From Gemmatimonadota bacterium (GTDB lineage Bacteria > Gemmatimonadota > Gemmatimonadetes > Gemmatimonadales > GWC2-71-9), in the NCBI GenBank assembly GCA_039592335.1, contig JBDHBX010000013.1, forward strand, positions 3,616-67,615: a DNA stretch of 64,000 nucleotides, written 5' to 3'. Positions 7,525-17,293 of this stretch are shown here, piece after piece. Position 1 is the stretch's first letter; every line of letters begins with the position of its first letter. The notes beneath the pieces are model-generated. The model made no database searches. It was not told where the DNA came from and worked only from the letters and a program-made list of their open reading frames with translations. Made by a program: the position numbers and the translations under genes.

Positions 7525-9450
7525 ATGACCCAGTCTTCCTCCACCGCCAAAGCCCCCGCCAAGAAGAAGGCCAAGAAGGGCCCCAAGAAGCCGAAAGGCC
7601 CCGAGGTCATCACGGTGCCGGAGCACACCGTCGAGGTGGTCTCCGACTCCGGCGAGGGTGCGCAGCGCTGTGCACAGATCTTCGGACGCGTCTCGGCCCG
7701 CATGGGCAACGGGGTGTGGACCGTCGAGATCATCCCGGCCGAGATCCAACCGCCGGCGCGCACGCCGCCCAGCGCGAGCGGGAACCGCGTGCGGCTCGGC
7801 ACCAAGCCGGTGACCAACTGGGGCGACGCGGCGAACCTCGTGGTGGCGTTCAACGAGCAGGTGCTGCTGCACCGCTTCCGTCAGGGGGCGCTGGCCGACG
7901 GCGCGATCGTCCTCATCGAGAGCATGTGGGAGAAGCACGACGACGAGGACATCCGCAAGGAGTGGGCGGCGGCCATGAAGGAGATGGACGGCCACGACCT
8001 GCGGTTCGTCAAGGTCCCGATGGAGGAGCAGTGCCTCACGCTCGTGGAGAACCCGCGGCGCGGCAAGAACATGTTCGCGCTGGGAATGCTCTCCTACGTG
8101 TACCACCGGGAACTCGACCGGGTGGGCCGCCAGATCGAGCGCGAGTTCCGCAAGAAATCCAAGGAAGTGATCGACGCCAACCTCCAGCTGCTCCAGCTGG
8201 GGTACGACTGGGCCGAGCAGCACCTCGACTTCCGGGTCGAGATCCCCATCGAGAAGCCCAGCAAGCCGATGGTCGTGATGAACGGCAACCAGGCCATCGC
8301 CATCGGAAGCATCGCGTCGGGGATGGAGCTCTGCTCGATGTACCCCATCACGCCGGCGACCTCGGCGTCGCACTACCTGAGCGACATCTTCGAGGACTAC
8401 GGCGGCATCGTGCACCAGGCGGAGGATGAGATCGCCGCCGCCGGGGTGGCGATCGGCGCGTCGTTCGCCGGCAAGGTGGCCTTCACGATCACCTCGGGAC
8501 CCGGTTTGGCACTCAAGACCGAGTTCATTGGCCTGGCGGTGATGACGGAAACCCCGCTGGTGGTGGTGGACGTGCAGCGCGGCGGGCCGAGCACCGGGCT
8601 CCCCACCAAGGTCGAACAGGCCGATCTGCTGGCCGCAATCTACGGCCAGCCGGGCGACGCTCCCCACGTGGTGATGGCCCCGGCGACCATGGAGGAGTGC
8701 TTCCTCTGCATGACCACGGCGCGGCGCATCGCCGAGGCGTTCCGCTGCGTGGTGATCGTACTGACCGACGCCAACCTCGCTACCGGCGTGCAGCCGTTCC
8801 CGCGGCCCGAGGTGACCAGCGAGTGGATCGCCCACCCCGTGGACCTCTCGGCGGTGCCCGAGGGCACGCGGGCCTACGAGTGGGATCCACGCACGGGCCT
8901 CTCAAGGCGGCTCATTCCGGGACAGCTCAACGGGATGCACACGCTCACCGGCTTGGCCCACGACGAGGGCAGCAAGGTGGCATACCAGCCGGAGATCAAC
9001 CAGCGCGGCTGCGAGATGCGCAGCCGCAAGATGGCGGTGTTCCAGCAGACGCTGAAGCCGCCCCGGGTGTACGGTCCGGCCAAGGGCGACCTGCTGGTGG
9101 TGGGTTGGGGCAGCACGAAGGGCGCCATCCAGGAGGCGGTGGACCGCGCGCAGGCCGAGGAACTCTCGGTCTCGTCGCTGCACCTGCGGTTCCTCTCCCC
9201 AATGGAACCGCGGCTCAAGCAGATCTTCAAGAAGTTCAAGAAGGTGATGACGGTGGAGATCAACTACAGCGACGAGAAGGACGCGCCGTTCGTCACCGAT
9301 GAGAACCGGCGGCGCGGGCAGCTCACCTGGCTGCTGCGCGCGCACACGCTGATGGACGTGGACTGCTGGGGCCGCGTGCCCGGTGAGCCGCTGCGCCCCG
9401 GCATAATTCTCGACGCCATTCGCGGCCACATGCCGAATGGAGCCAAGTGA
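7525..9450 (+). CDS. korA: 2-oxoglutarate/2-oxoacid:ferredoxin oxidoreductase, alpha subunit
   Basis: Track ORF 7384..9450 trimmed to ATG 7525. ...VSDSGEGAQRCAQIFG... and ...MNGNQAIAIGSIASGMELCSMYPITPATSASHYL... are typical of two-subunit OFOR alpha subunits. The N-terminus has a Lys/Ala/Pro-rich tail. Confidence 0.85.
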   Translation: MTQSSSTAKAPAKKKAKKGPKKPKGPEVITVPEHTVEVVSDSGEGAQRCAQIFGRVSARMGNGVWTVEIIPAEIQPPARTPPSASGNRVRLGTKPVTNWGDAANLVVAFNEQVLLHRFRQGALADGAIVLIESMWEKHDDEDIRKEWAAAMKEMDGHDLRFVKVPMEEQCLTLVENPRRGKNMFALGMLSYVYHRELDRVGRQIEREFRKKSKEVIDANLQLLQLGYDWAEQHLDFRVEIPIEKPSKPMVVMNGNQAIAIGSIASGMELCSMYPITPATSASHYLSDIFEDYGGIVHQAEDEIAAAGVAIGASFAGKVAFTITSGPGLALKTEFIGLAVMTETPLVVVDVQRGGPSTGLPTKVEQADLLAAIYGQPGDAPHVVMAPATMEECFLCMTTARRIAEAFRCVVIVLTDANLATGVQPFPRPEVTSEWIAHPVDLSAVPEGTRAYEWDPRTGLSRRLIPGQLNGMHTLTGLAHDEGSKVAYQPEINQRGCEMRSRKMAVFQQTLKPPRVYGPAKGDLLVVGWGSTKGAIQEAVDRAQAEELSVSSLHLRFLSPMEPRLKQIFKKFKKVMTVEINYSDEKDAPFVTDENRRRGQLTWLLRAHTLMDVDCWGRVPGEPLRPGIILDAIRGHMPNGAK

Positions 9451-10409
9451 TGATACAGTTCGGTGGATGCTCACTGCTCGGTAGCGCCGTCGAGGACGAC
9501 GACCGCTCCTGGAGCATGCAGGATTACGAGGGCGCCGTCGCAAGGTGGTGCCCGGGGTGTGGCGACCACGCGGTGCTCACGGCCGTGCAGCGCCTGCTGG
9601 AAGACGAGCAGCTCCCCCCGGAGCAGACGGTGTTCGTCTCCGGCATCGGCTGCTCGAGCCGCTTCCCGCACTACCTCAGCACGTACGGCTTCCACGGGTT
9701 GCACGGGCGCGCGCTCCCGGTGGCCACCGGGGTCAAGCTGCGCCGGCCCGAGCTGCACGTGTTCGCGGTCATGGGCGACGGCGACTGCTGCTCGATCGGT
9801 GGCGGGCACTGGCTGCACACGACCCGCTACAACCCCAACATCACGGCCATCATGCTCGACAACGGGGTCTATGGTCTCACCAAGAACCAGACCTCGCCCA
9901 CCAGCCCGCAGGGGCTGAAGAGCTACACACAGCCGCGCGGGGCGTTCCTGCCGGGCATGAACCCGATCGCCACTACGCTGGGCATCAAGAACGCCTCGTT
10001 CGTGGCGCAGACGGGGGACTGGCTGCCGGATCACATTTACGCGACGCTCAAGAAGGCGTACCACCACAAGGGGTTCTCCTTCGTGCGCATCCTGCAGCGC
10101 TGTCCGGCCTACACAGACCAGCTGTTCACCGACGCGATGCGCGATCCCAACCGGATCGAGCTGCTGCTCCATCCCAACGGGATCGGCGTGCCGGAGCTGG
10201 AGGGGATCTACAAGAACCACACGTACCACGATCCGTCCGACCTCACCAACGGATTCCGGCTAGCGCAGGACGATGGCCGCTTCCGCCTCGGTCTGTTCTA
10301 CCAGAACGAGAACCTGCCGGTGTACGAGGAGGTCCGCGCGGTCCCGGCCAAGTCGGCGGAACAGAAGCTGGAGATTCTCAACAAGGAGCTCGACCGCTAT
10401 GCCGTCTGA
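9447..10409 (+). CDS. korB: 2-oxoglutarate/2-oxoacid:ferredoxin oxidoreductase, beta (TPP-binding) subunit
   Basis: WCPGCGDHAVL, GIGCSSRFP and MGDGDCCSIGGGH (TPP/Mg motif) are present. The start overlaps the korA stop (GTG 9447 / ATG 9450 versus TGA 9448-9450). ATG 9516 is also possible. Confidence 0.85.
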   Translation: MMIQFGGCSLLGSAVEDDDRSWSMQDYEGAVARWCPGCGDHAVLTAVQRLLEDEQLPPEQTVFVSGIGCSSRFPHYLSTYGFHGLHGRALPVATGVKLRRPELHVFAVMGDGDCCSIGGGHWLHTTRYNPNITAIMLDNGVYGLTKNQTSPTSPQGLKSYTQPRGAFLPGMNPIATTLGIKNASFVAQTGDWLPDHIYATLKKAYHHKGFSFVRILQRCPAYTDQLFTDAMRDPNRIELLLHPNGIGVPELEGIYKNHTYHDPSDLTNGFRLAQDDGRFRLGLFYQNENLPVYEEVRAVPAKSAEQKLEILNKELDRYAV

Positions 10410-11403
10410 CAAACGGGTGGCACTGGCGATGGAGGCGCTGGCACCGAAGCGCGACGCGTTTCGGTCGGCGCTGGGCAATACGGTGGAGCAGGTGCAGGGA
10501 TTCCTGGACGAGCATCAGTCGTCGGAGAACGGCGGCACGGGCCGGCTCGAGGCCGAGTTGGGCCCCTTCGCCGCCGGACGCATCGACATAGACAAGCTCT
10601 CGTCCCTGTTCTCCAGCGAGGTCTCGCTCGACACGCTCACCATGGAGACGGTGGCGAAGGCGCGCGACACCATGGCCGAGCTGACCCAGCGCAACTCCGA
10701 CCTGTTCCTGGTCGACGTGAAGTCGGGCGGTTGCCTGCACGACGTCGTGGAGAAGGCGCTCGAGGAGGTGGGCCGGGCCTTCGGCGCGGTGCGCATCTTC
10801 GAGCTCACGCGCTCGGGCAGCTCGCACGGCAACGAGCACGCACGCTCGCTGGGCGCCTTTCCCTTCGACCGGTGGAGCCGCGGCGAGCGGCGCCTCGCGC
10901 CGCCCCTGGTTGTGACGGTGGACGGGGACGACCTCGCGGCCACCGGCCTCGCGGAATTCCTGGACGGCAGCCAGAAGATCGTGCTGGTGGTGCGGGGCGC
11001 GTGCGCCCCCGCCCCGCTGGCGCGGCTGATCACGCCGGGCGTGTTCGTCATGCAGACCGCCGACCCGAGCGAGCTGGCACGACTGGCGGACTTCGAGGGC
11101 CCCGGCATCGCGGCGCTGGTGCCCGAGGCGGCTGCGCGCTTCGTGCACGACCCCAGGGCCGGGGGGGAGACGTGGCAGCGCCTGTCGCTCATACACGTGC
11201 CCGACAAGGAACCGAAGCAGTCGCTGGGCGGGCTCTCCGGTTTCCAGCAGGCACAGGAGGTCAGGCAGCTGGTAGCGCTGGCCAAGCAGTCGGCGGCGGC
11301 TCCGGTCGCCGCAGGCGAGGCGGCCGAGGGTGCCGCCCCGTTGAGCGACCCGGTGGACAAGCTGGCCGCGTGGCTGCTCACCCAGGCGGACCTGTCCGAG
11401 TGA
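10399..11403 (+). CDS. Hypothetical protein (334 aa) embedded between korB and rnfB
   Basis: Track ORF 10273..11403 trimmed to ATG 10399, which overlaps the korB end by 11 nt. It shows strong GC3 bias and balanced acidic/basic composition. I recognise no motif. There is no TM segment and no Cys cluster. Confidence 0.6.
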   Translation: MPSDKRVALAMEALAPKRDAFRSALGNTVEQVQGFLDEHQSSENGGTGRLEAELGPFAAGRIDIDKLSSLFSSEVSLDTLTMETVAKARDTMAELTQRNSDLFLVDVKSGGCLHDVVEKALEEVGRAFGAVRIFELTRSGSSHGNEHARSLGAFPFDRWSRGERRLAPPLVVTVDGDDLAATGLAEFLDGSQKIVLVVRGACAPAPLARLITPGVFVMQTADPSELARLADFEGPGIAALVPEAAARFVHDPRAGGETWQRLSLIHVPDKEPKQSLGGLSGFQQAQEVRQLVALAKQSAAAPVAAGEAAEGAAPLSDPVDKLAAWLLTQADLSE

Positions 11404-11413
11404 GCGTGTAGCG

Positions 11414-12262
11414 ATGGACGTCTCGACGATCCTGCTCTCGGTGCTGATCCTCGGCGGCGTGGGACTCACCTTCGCCACGCTGATCACCCTCACCCACAAG
11501 AAGTTCTGGGTGTGGGAGGACCCGCGCATCGAGGGTGTGGCGGATCTGCTGCCCGGCACCAACTGCGGGGCGTGCGGCCTGGCGGGGTGTCACGCGTTCG
11601 CCGAGGCGCTGATCGCCGACAAGGTACAGCCGGCCACCTGCACGGTGATGGGGGCGGACGACGTGCTCGACGTGGCGGGTTTCCTCGGCGTGGAGGCGGG
11701 TGAGGCGAACAAGCAGGTGGCCCGGCTGCTCTGCGCCGGCGGCGCCAACGTGGCGGTGCAACAGGCCGACTACATCGGTCTCGAGACGTGCAAGGCCGCG
11801 GCGGCAGTGGCCGGGGGCGGCAAGGGCTGCACCTGGGGCTGCATCGGCCTGGCCGACTGCGAGGTGGTGTGCGATTTCGACGCGATCTACATGAACCCCT
11901 GGGGCCTGCCGGTGGTTATCCCAGACAAGTGCACCGCGTGCGGCGACTGCGTCGTGGCGTGCCCCGTGGATCTGTTCGTATTGATGCCGCTCGAGCAGAA
12001 GCTCATCGTGCAGTGCAAGAGCCTGCTGGAGGGTGAGGAAGCAGAAGAGCTGTGTCAGGTCGCGTGCAACGCCTGCGGGCGCTGCGCGGCCGATGCACCG
12101 GAAGTCATCCACATGGAGAACGGGCTGGCGGTGGTGGACTACAGCAAGAACGAGCTGGCGACTCCTGCCGCGACCGAGCGGTGTCCGACCAGTGCCATCG
12201 TGTGGGTCGAGGGCATGCAGCAGTTCGATCTTTCTCGGCCATCTGAAGAGGTAGCCGCATGA
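11414..12262 (+). CDS. rnfB: Rnf electron-transport complex subunit B (Fe-S protein)
   Basis: N-terminal TM helix, then the CGACGLAGC Fe-S domain and ferredoxin-type clusters (CTACGDCVVACP, CNACGRCAADAP). Confidence 0.8.
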   Translation: MDVSTILLSVLILGGVGLTFATLITLTHKKFWVWEDPRIEGVADLLPGTNCGACGLAGCHAFAEALIADKVQPATCTVMGADDVLDVAGFLGVEAGEANKQVARLLCAGGANVAVQQADYIGLETCKAAAAVAGGGKGCTWGCIGLADCEVVCDFDAIYMNPWGLPVVIPDKCTACGDCVVACPVDLFVLMPLEQKLIVQCKSLLEGEEAEELCQVACNACGRCAADAPEVIHMENGLAVVDYSKNELATPAATERCPTSAIVWVEGMQQFDLSRPSEEVAA

Positions 12263-15200
12263 TGTTCAAGAAGAAGAACGACCGACCTCCCGAGCCGAAA
12301 TACCCTGGCGTCCCGACGCAGAACGACGGGACCGGGGCAGTCGTGCAGATGGAGACGGATGCCAGCGAAGGGGCCGGCGCGTATCCCATCACGCCCTCTA
12401 CACAGATGGGCGAGGGGTGGGCGGCTGCCGTCGCCGCCGGGAAGACCAACGTGAACGACCGCCGGCTGCTGTTCTTCGAGCCGGAGGGCGAGCACGCCGC
12501 CGCCGCCGTGACCGCGGGGATGAGCATGGTAGGCCTCCGCGCCACCAACTTCTCGAGCGGCCAGGGCATTGCCTACATGCATGAGTCGCTCTACGCGGCG
12601 GCCGGCAAGCGGCTCACCTACGTGCTGAACATCGGGGCGCGCGCCATGACCAAGCACGCCCTCAACGTGCACGCGGGCCACGATGACTATCACGCGATCG
12701 ACGACACGGGCTTCTTCCAGTTGTTCGCGAAGGACGCCCAGGAGTGTGCTGACCTCAGCCTGATCGCGCACAAGATCGCCGAGCTGTCGCTCAACCCCGG
12801 CGCGCTGGCCCAGGACGGCTTCCTCACGACGCACGTGATCGAGTCGATGAACATGCCCGAGCCCGAGCTGGTGAAGGAGTACCTGGGTGACCCGGCGGAC
12901 ATCATCGACTCGCCCACGCCGGCGCAGAAGTGGGTGTTCGGCGAGCAGCGGCGCCGTATCCCCGAGATCTTCGACCTCGACTACCCCGCCATGCTGGGCA
13001 CCGTCCAGAACCAGGACAGCTACATGCAGGGTGTGGCGGCGCAGCGGCCCTTCTACTTCGATCACGTGGTCCAGTTCACCGACCAGGCAATGGAGGAGTA
13101 CTACCAGCTCACCGGCCGGCGTTACGCGCGGGCCACCGGCTACCGGCTGGACGACGCCGAGTACGTGATCGCCGGGCAGGGCTCGTTGGTGAGCAACGCC
13201 GAGGCGGTGGTCGATTACCTGCGCGAGACGCGCGGCATCCGGGTCGGCATACTCAACCTGACGATGTTCCGCCCCTTCCCGGCCGACGTCCTCACGCACC
13301 TGCTCAGGCGCAAGAAGGCGGTGGCCGTGCTGGAGCGCGTGGATCAGCCCCTGGCGGTGGACCAGCCGATCCTGCGCGAGATGCGCGCGGCGGTGAACAA
13401 GGCGCTCGAGAACGGGCGGGCCAAGGGCAGCCTCCCCTACCCCGAGATCGCGACCTATCTGTCGGACGACGCACCGGAGTTCTTCTCCGGGACGTTTGGC
13501 CTGGGGAGCCGCGACCTCCAGCCCGGCGACATCATCGCCGCGGTGGAGAACATGCTGCCCCACGGCAAGCGGCGGCGCCAGTTCTATCTCGGCATCGACT
13601 TCGTGCGCGAGGGCACCAAGCTGCCCAAGCTCCAGATCTGGCAGGAGGAGCTGCTCGAGGCCTACCCCGACGTGGCCGATCTGTCGCTCCCGATGACCGA
13701 AGACATCGACCTGATGCCCGAGGGCTCGACCTCGATCCGCATCCACTCGATCGGCGGGTGGGGCGCCATCACCATGGGCAAGAACGTGGCGATGACCGCG
13801 GCCGACCTCTTCGGGATGTACATCAAGGCCAACCCGAAGTACGGCTCGGAGAAGAAGGGCCAGCCCACCACGTTCTACGCCACGCTGGCGCACGCGCCGA
13901 TCCGGCTCAACTGCGAGCTGAAGCACGTGAACGTGGTGCTCTCCCCGGATCCCAACGTGTTCCGCCACTCCGACCCGTTGGCCGGCCTCTCCGAGGGCGG
14001 CGTGTTCATCATCCAGCACGACGGGACGGCCGAGGAGCTGTGGAACCAGCTCCCGGCCACGGCACAGAAGACCATCAAGGAGAAACAGCTCCACGTCCAC
14101 TTCCTGAACGCCTTCAAGATCGCCACCGACGAGGCGAGCGATCCGGAGCTGCGCTACCGCATGCAGGGTGCCGCGTTCATGGGCGCGTTCTTCAAGGTCT
14201 CGGGGCTGGCAGAGCGCGAAGAGACGACCGAGCAACAGCTGATCGAGGGCATCTACCGGCAGCTGCAGTACAAGTTCGGGCACCTGGGCGAGCGGGTGGT
14301 GGAGGACAACGTCCGAGTGATCCGGCGCGGCTACGACGAGACCGACACCATCGACGTCGCGGCCATGAGCGTACGCGCGGATGATCTCGGCCACGTGCCG
14401 CAGATGCCGGCCATCCTGGACGGTTCGAAGGTGCAGCCCGGGATCGCCAACCCCGGGCGGTTCTGGGAGCAGGTGTGCTACGTCTACAAGACCGGGGACG
14501 ACGGCATCGCCGATCCGTTCGCGGCGCTCTCGGCCATCCCGGCAGCTACCAGCACGATCCGCGACATGACCGACGTGCGGTTCGAGGTGCCGGAGTTCAT
14601 CGCGGCCAACTGCACCGGCTGCGCGCAGTGCTGGACCCAGTGCCCCGACGCCGCCATTCCGGGCGTCGTGAACGACGTGGAAGAGGTGCTCGGCGCGGCG
14701 ATCACGACCGTGTCCAACGGCCGCTCGCTCGACCGGCTGAATCAGATCTCGAAGCACCTGTCGAACGAGTCGCGCAAGATCATGAAGGGCGTGCCGTTCA
14801 CGACCTTCGGCGAGGTGCTGTCGCAGGCCTACAAGAACGTCACCGAGAAGCTCAACCTCGACCCCGAGCGGCGCGCCGCGCTGGACGAGGAGTTCGCTCC
14901 GGTGTACACGGCGCTGGCGGAGTTCCCGCTGGCCAAGACCGCGCCGTTCTTCGACCTGCCCGAGTCGCAGGCGAAGGGGACGGGCGGGCTGCTCTCCATC
15001 ACGGTCAGCCCCGACGCGTGCAAGGGCTGCAACATCTGCGTGGAGGTCTGCCCCGACAACGCGCTCGTGACCGTCGCGCAGACCGACGAGATCGTAGAGC
15101 GGCTGCGGCGCAACTGGGCCTTGTGGGAGAACCTGCCCGACACCGACGACCGCTACGTCAACGTCTCCAACCTCGAGGAGGGGATCGGCGTCCTGTCGTC

Positions 15201-17280
15201 GCTGCTGCTCAAGAAGGAGAACTACAAGTCGATGGCGGGCGGCGACGGCGCATGCATGGGCTGCGGCGAGAAGACCGAAGTCCACTTGGTGCTGTCGGCG
15301 GTGAACGCGTTGATGCTGCCGCGCGTCAAGCAGCACGTCACGAAGCTGGACGACCTGATCGCACAGCTCGACGAGAAGGCCCGCACGATCCTCGCCTCCG
15401 ACGCCGACCTCTCCAAGCTCGGTGTGGCCGAGGGCAAGGTCGACCTGCCGCTGGAGCAGCAGAAGCAGCAGGCGGTGGCGCGCATCTCGAAGATGATCGA
15501 CGAGCTGAAGGACCTCAGGTGGCGCTATACCGAGGGACCGACCGGTAAGGGCCGTGCCACCCTCGGGATGACCAACGCAACCGGCTGCTCCTCGGTGTGG
15601 GGCAGCACTTACCCGTTCAATCCGTATCCCTTCCCCTGGGTGAACCACCTGTTCCAGGACGCCCCCTCTATCGCCATCGGCGTGTTCGAGGGCCACATGC
15701 GCAAGATGGGCGACGGGTTCATCACGGTGCGGCGGGCCCAGCTCGAGCTGGCGGGCGAGTACGACCCCGCGGTGCACGAGCCCTTCTTCCAGAAGTTCGA
15801 GTGGCGCCGGTTCAACGACGAAGAGTTCGATCTCTGCCCGCCGATCTTCGCGACCGGCGGCGACGGCGCCATGCTGGACATCGGGTTCCAGAACCTGTCG
15901 CGCCTGCTCGCGTCCGGGAAGCCGGTGCGCGTGATCGTGCTCGACACCCAGGTGTACTCCAACACCGGCGGCCAGGCGTGCACCAGCGGCTACCGTGGCC
16001 AGGTGAGCGACATGGCGGCCTACGGCAAGGCGCAGCACGGCAAGGAGGAGACACGCAAGGAGATGGCGCTGCTGGCCATGGCGCACCGCAACGTGTTCGT
16101 GCTGCAATCGTCGCAGGCCTCGCCGGCGCACATGCTGGGCGGAGTGCTCAAGGGGTTGCAGTCGAAATACCCGGCGGTGTTCGCGCTGCACTGTCCCTGC
16201 CCGCCGGAACACGGTCTGGGCGACGACCAGGCGCCCGATGCCGCCAAGCTTTCGCTCGAGTCGCGGGCCTACCCGCTGATGCTGTACGACCCGGCGGAGG
16301 GCACCAAGCTAGCTGACCGGCTGAGCCTCGACGGCAATCCCTCGGTCGGCGACACGTGGCCCGAGTACGACCTCACGTACCTCGACGAGGAGGGCAACGA
16401 GCAGACCAAGACGCTGCCCGTGACGATCGCCGACTGGGCCGCCACCGAGGTGCGGTTCAAGAAGCACTTCACGAAGATCAAGCCCGACACACCGGAAGAT
16501 GAGCTTGTGGCGTTCCACGAGTACATGGCCCGGCCAGCGGACGACCGGGAAGGCGTCACTCCTTTCATTTACGTGCTGGAGCGCGACAAGACCCTTGGGC
16601 GACTCGCGGTGTCGGTCGAGATGGTGGAGCTGACGGAAGACCGGATCGAGGTGTGGGATCTGCTCAAGGAGATGGCGGGTGAGGCCGAGGTGGAAGCCGG
16701 CGACGTGGCCGACTTCGAGCAGGAGGTGGCACAGATCCGGGCCCAGTACGAGGCGAAGATCGCCGATCTCAAGAAGAAGTTCCCGCAGGTCATCGCGCGG
16801 CGCCTGGCCGAGGGCCTGGTGCGCGCCGGCAACGGGCAGCAGACCGTGGCCGACCTGCTCAGCAAAGTGCAGGGAATGGAGGGCCTCACCCCGATCACCA
16901 CCGACATGGTGGCCGGGTTCGGGGCCGCGGCGGCGCTGGCGGTGGAGCCGGCTCTCGCGGGCGACGGCGGGGCCGCGACGGCGGTGGCAGAGGCGCCAGC
17001 CGCGCCCGCGGTGGAGGAAGAGGAAGAGCTCGCGCTGGAGCCGTACATCGACACGGCACGGTGTACGACGTGCGACGAATGCACCAAGCTCAACAAGAAG
17101 ATGTTCGCGTACAACCCCAAGAAGCAGGCATACATCAAGGACCCCAAGGCCGGCACGTTCAAGGAACTGGTGATGGCGGCGGAGCGGTGCCCGGTGCGGA
17201 TCATCCATCCGGGCAACCCGCTCAACAAGAAGGAGAAGGACCTCGAGAAGTGGATGAAGCGGGCCGAGCCGTTCAATTAG
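12259..17280 (+). CDS. Pyruvate/2-oxoacid:ferredoxin oxidoreductase-like single-chain enzyme, 1673 aa, with C-terminal ferredoxin domain
   Basis: The ATG overlaps the rnfB stop (ATGA at 12259-12262). PFOR blocks appear in order: YPITPSTQMGE; CTGCAQCWTQCP and CKGCNICVEVCP clusters; GDGACMGCGEK; GGDGAMLDIGFQNLS...VLDTQVYSNTGGQ (TPP). An extra C-terminal CTTCDECTKL...ERCPV single-cluster ferredoxin follows. Confidence 0.85.
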   Translation: MMFKKKNDRPPEPKYPGVPTQNDGTGAVVQMETDASEGAGAYPITPSTQMGEGWAAAVAAGKTNVNDRRLLFFEPEGEHAAAAVTAGMSMVGLRATNFSSGQGIAYMHESLYAAAGKRLTYVLNIGARAMTKHALNVHAGHDDYHAIDDTGFFQLFAKDAQECADLSLIAHKIAELSLNPGALAQDGFLTTHVIESMNMPEPELVKEYLGDPADIIDSPTPAQKWVFGEQRRRIPEIFDLDYPAMLGTVQNQDSYMQGVAAQRPFYFDHVVQFTDQAMEEYYQLTGRRYARATGYRLDDAEYVIAGQGSLVSNAEAVVDYLRETRGIRVGILNLTMFRPFPADVLTHLLRRKKAVAVLERVDQPLAVDQPILREMRAAVNKALENGRAKGSLPYPEIATYLSDDAPEFFSGTFGLGSRDLQPGDIIAAVENMLPHGKRRRQFYLGIDFVREGTKLPKLQIWQEELLEAYPDVADLSLPMTEDIDLMPEGSTSIRIHSIGGWGAITMGKNVAMTAADLFGMYIKANPKYGSEKKGQPTTFYATLAHAPIRLNCELKHVNVVLSPDPNVFRHSDPLAGLSEGGVFIIQHDGTAEELWNQLPATAQKTIKEKQLHVHFLNAFKIATDEASDPELRYRMQGAAFMGAFFKVSGLAEREETTEQQLIEGIYRQLQYKFGHLGERVVEDNVRVIRRGYDETDTIDVAAMSVRADDLGHVPQMPAILDGSKVQPGIANPGRFWEQVCYVYKTGDDGIADPFAALSAIPAATSTIRDMTDVRFEVPEFIAANCTGCAQCWTQCPDAAIPGVVNDVEEVLGAAITTVSNGRSLDRLNQISKHLSNESRKIMKGVPFTTFGEVLSQAYKNVTEKLNLDPERRAALDEEFAPVYTALAEFPLAKTAPFFDLPESQAKGTGGLLSITVSPDACKGCNICVEVCPDNALVTVAQTDEIVERLRRNWALWENLPDTDDRYVNVSNLEEGIGVLSSLLLKKENYKSMAGGDGACMGCGEKTEVHLVLSAVNALMLPRVKQHVTKLDDLIAQLDEKARTILASDADLSKLGVAEGKVDLPLEQQKQQAVARISKMIDELKDLRWRYTEGPTGKGRATLGMTNATGCSSVWGSTYPFNPYPFPWVNHLFQDAPSIAIGVFEGHMRKMGDGFITVRRAQLELAGEYDPAVHEPFFQKFEWRRFNDEEFDLCPPIFATGGDGAMLDIGFQNLSRLLASGKPVRVIVLDTQVYSNTGGQACTSGYRGQVSDMAAYGKAQHGKEETRKEMALLAMAHRNVFVLQSSQASPAHMLGGVLKGLQSKYPAVFALHCPCPPEHGLGDDQAPDAAKLSLESRAYPLMLYDPAEGTKLADRLSLDGNPSVGDTWPEYDLTYLDEEGNEQTKTLPVTIADWAATEVRFKKHFTKIKPDTPEDELVAFHEYMARPADDREGVTPFIYVLERDKTLGRLAVSVEMVELTEDRIEVWDLLKEMAGEAEVEAGDVADFEQEVAQIRAQYEAKIADLKKKFPQVIARRLAEGLVRAGNGQQTVADLLSKVQGMEGLTPITTDMVAGFGAAAALAVEPALAGDGGAATAVAEAPAAPAVEEEEELALEPYIDTARCTTCDECTKLNKKMFAYNPKKQAYIKDPKAGTFKELVMAAERCPVRIIHPGNPLNKKEKDLEKWMKRAEPFN

Positions 17281-17293
17281 CCCGAAGACGCTC

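Noticed and set aside
9732-9738. Additional single GTCAAGC/GCTTGAC heptamers (also at about 15325, 43813 and 59512)
   Set aside because: These are isolated single copies inside or at the edge of coding regions, with no partner at 11-bp spacing. This is consistent with chance occurrence.
12139-16212. 1357-aa minus-strand ORF, plus similar long ORFs at 7051-8835(-), 10378-11562(-), 24014-25591(-), 26369-27718(-), 42061-43809(+), 43958-45196(+), 44974-46575(+), 57847-59286(+), 59822-61429(+) and 62217-63770(+)
   Set aside because: Each lies antisense to, or out of frame with, a gene that has clear family motifs. Their translations are Arg/Gly/His/Pro-rich low-complexity strings with no motifs. 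This is the usual stop-codon-poor shadow-ORF artefact of high-GC DNA.
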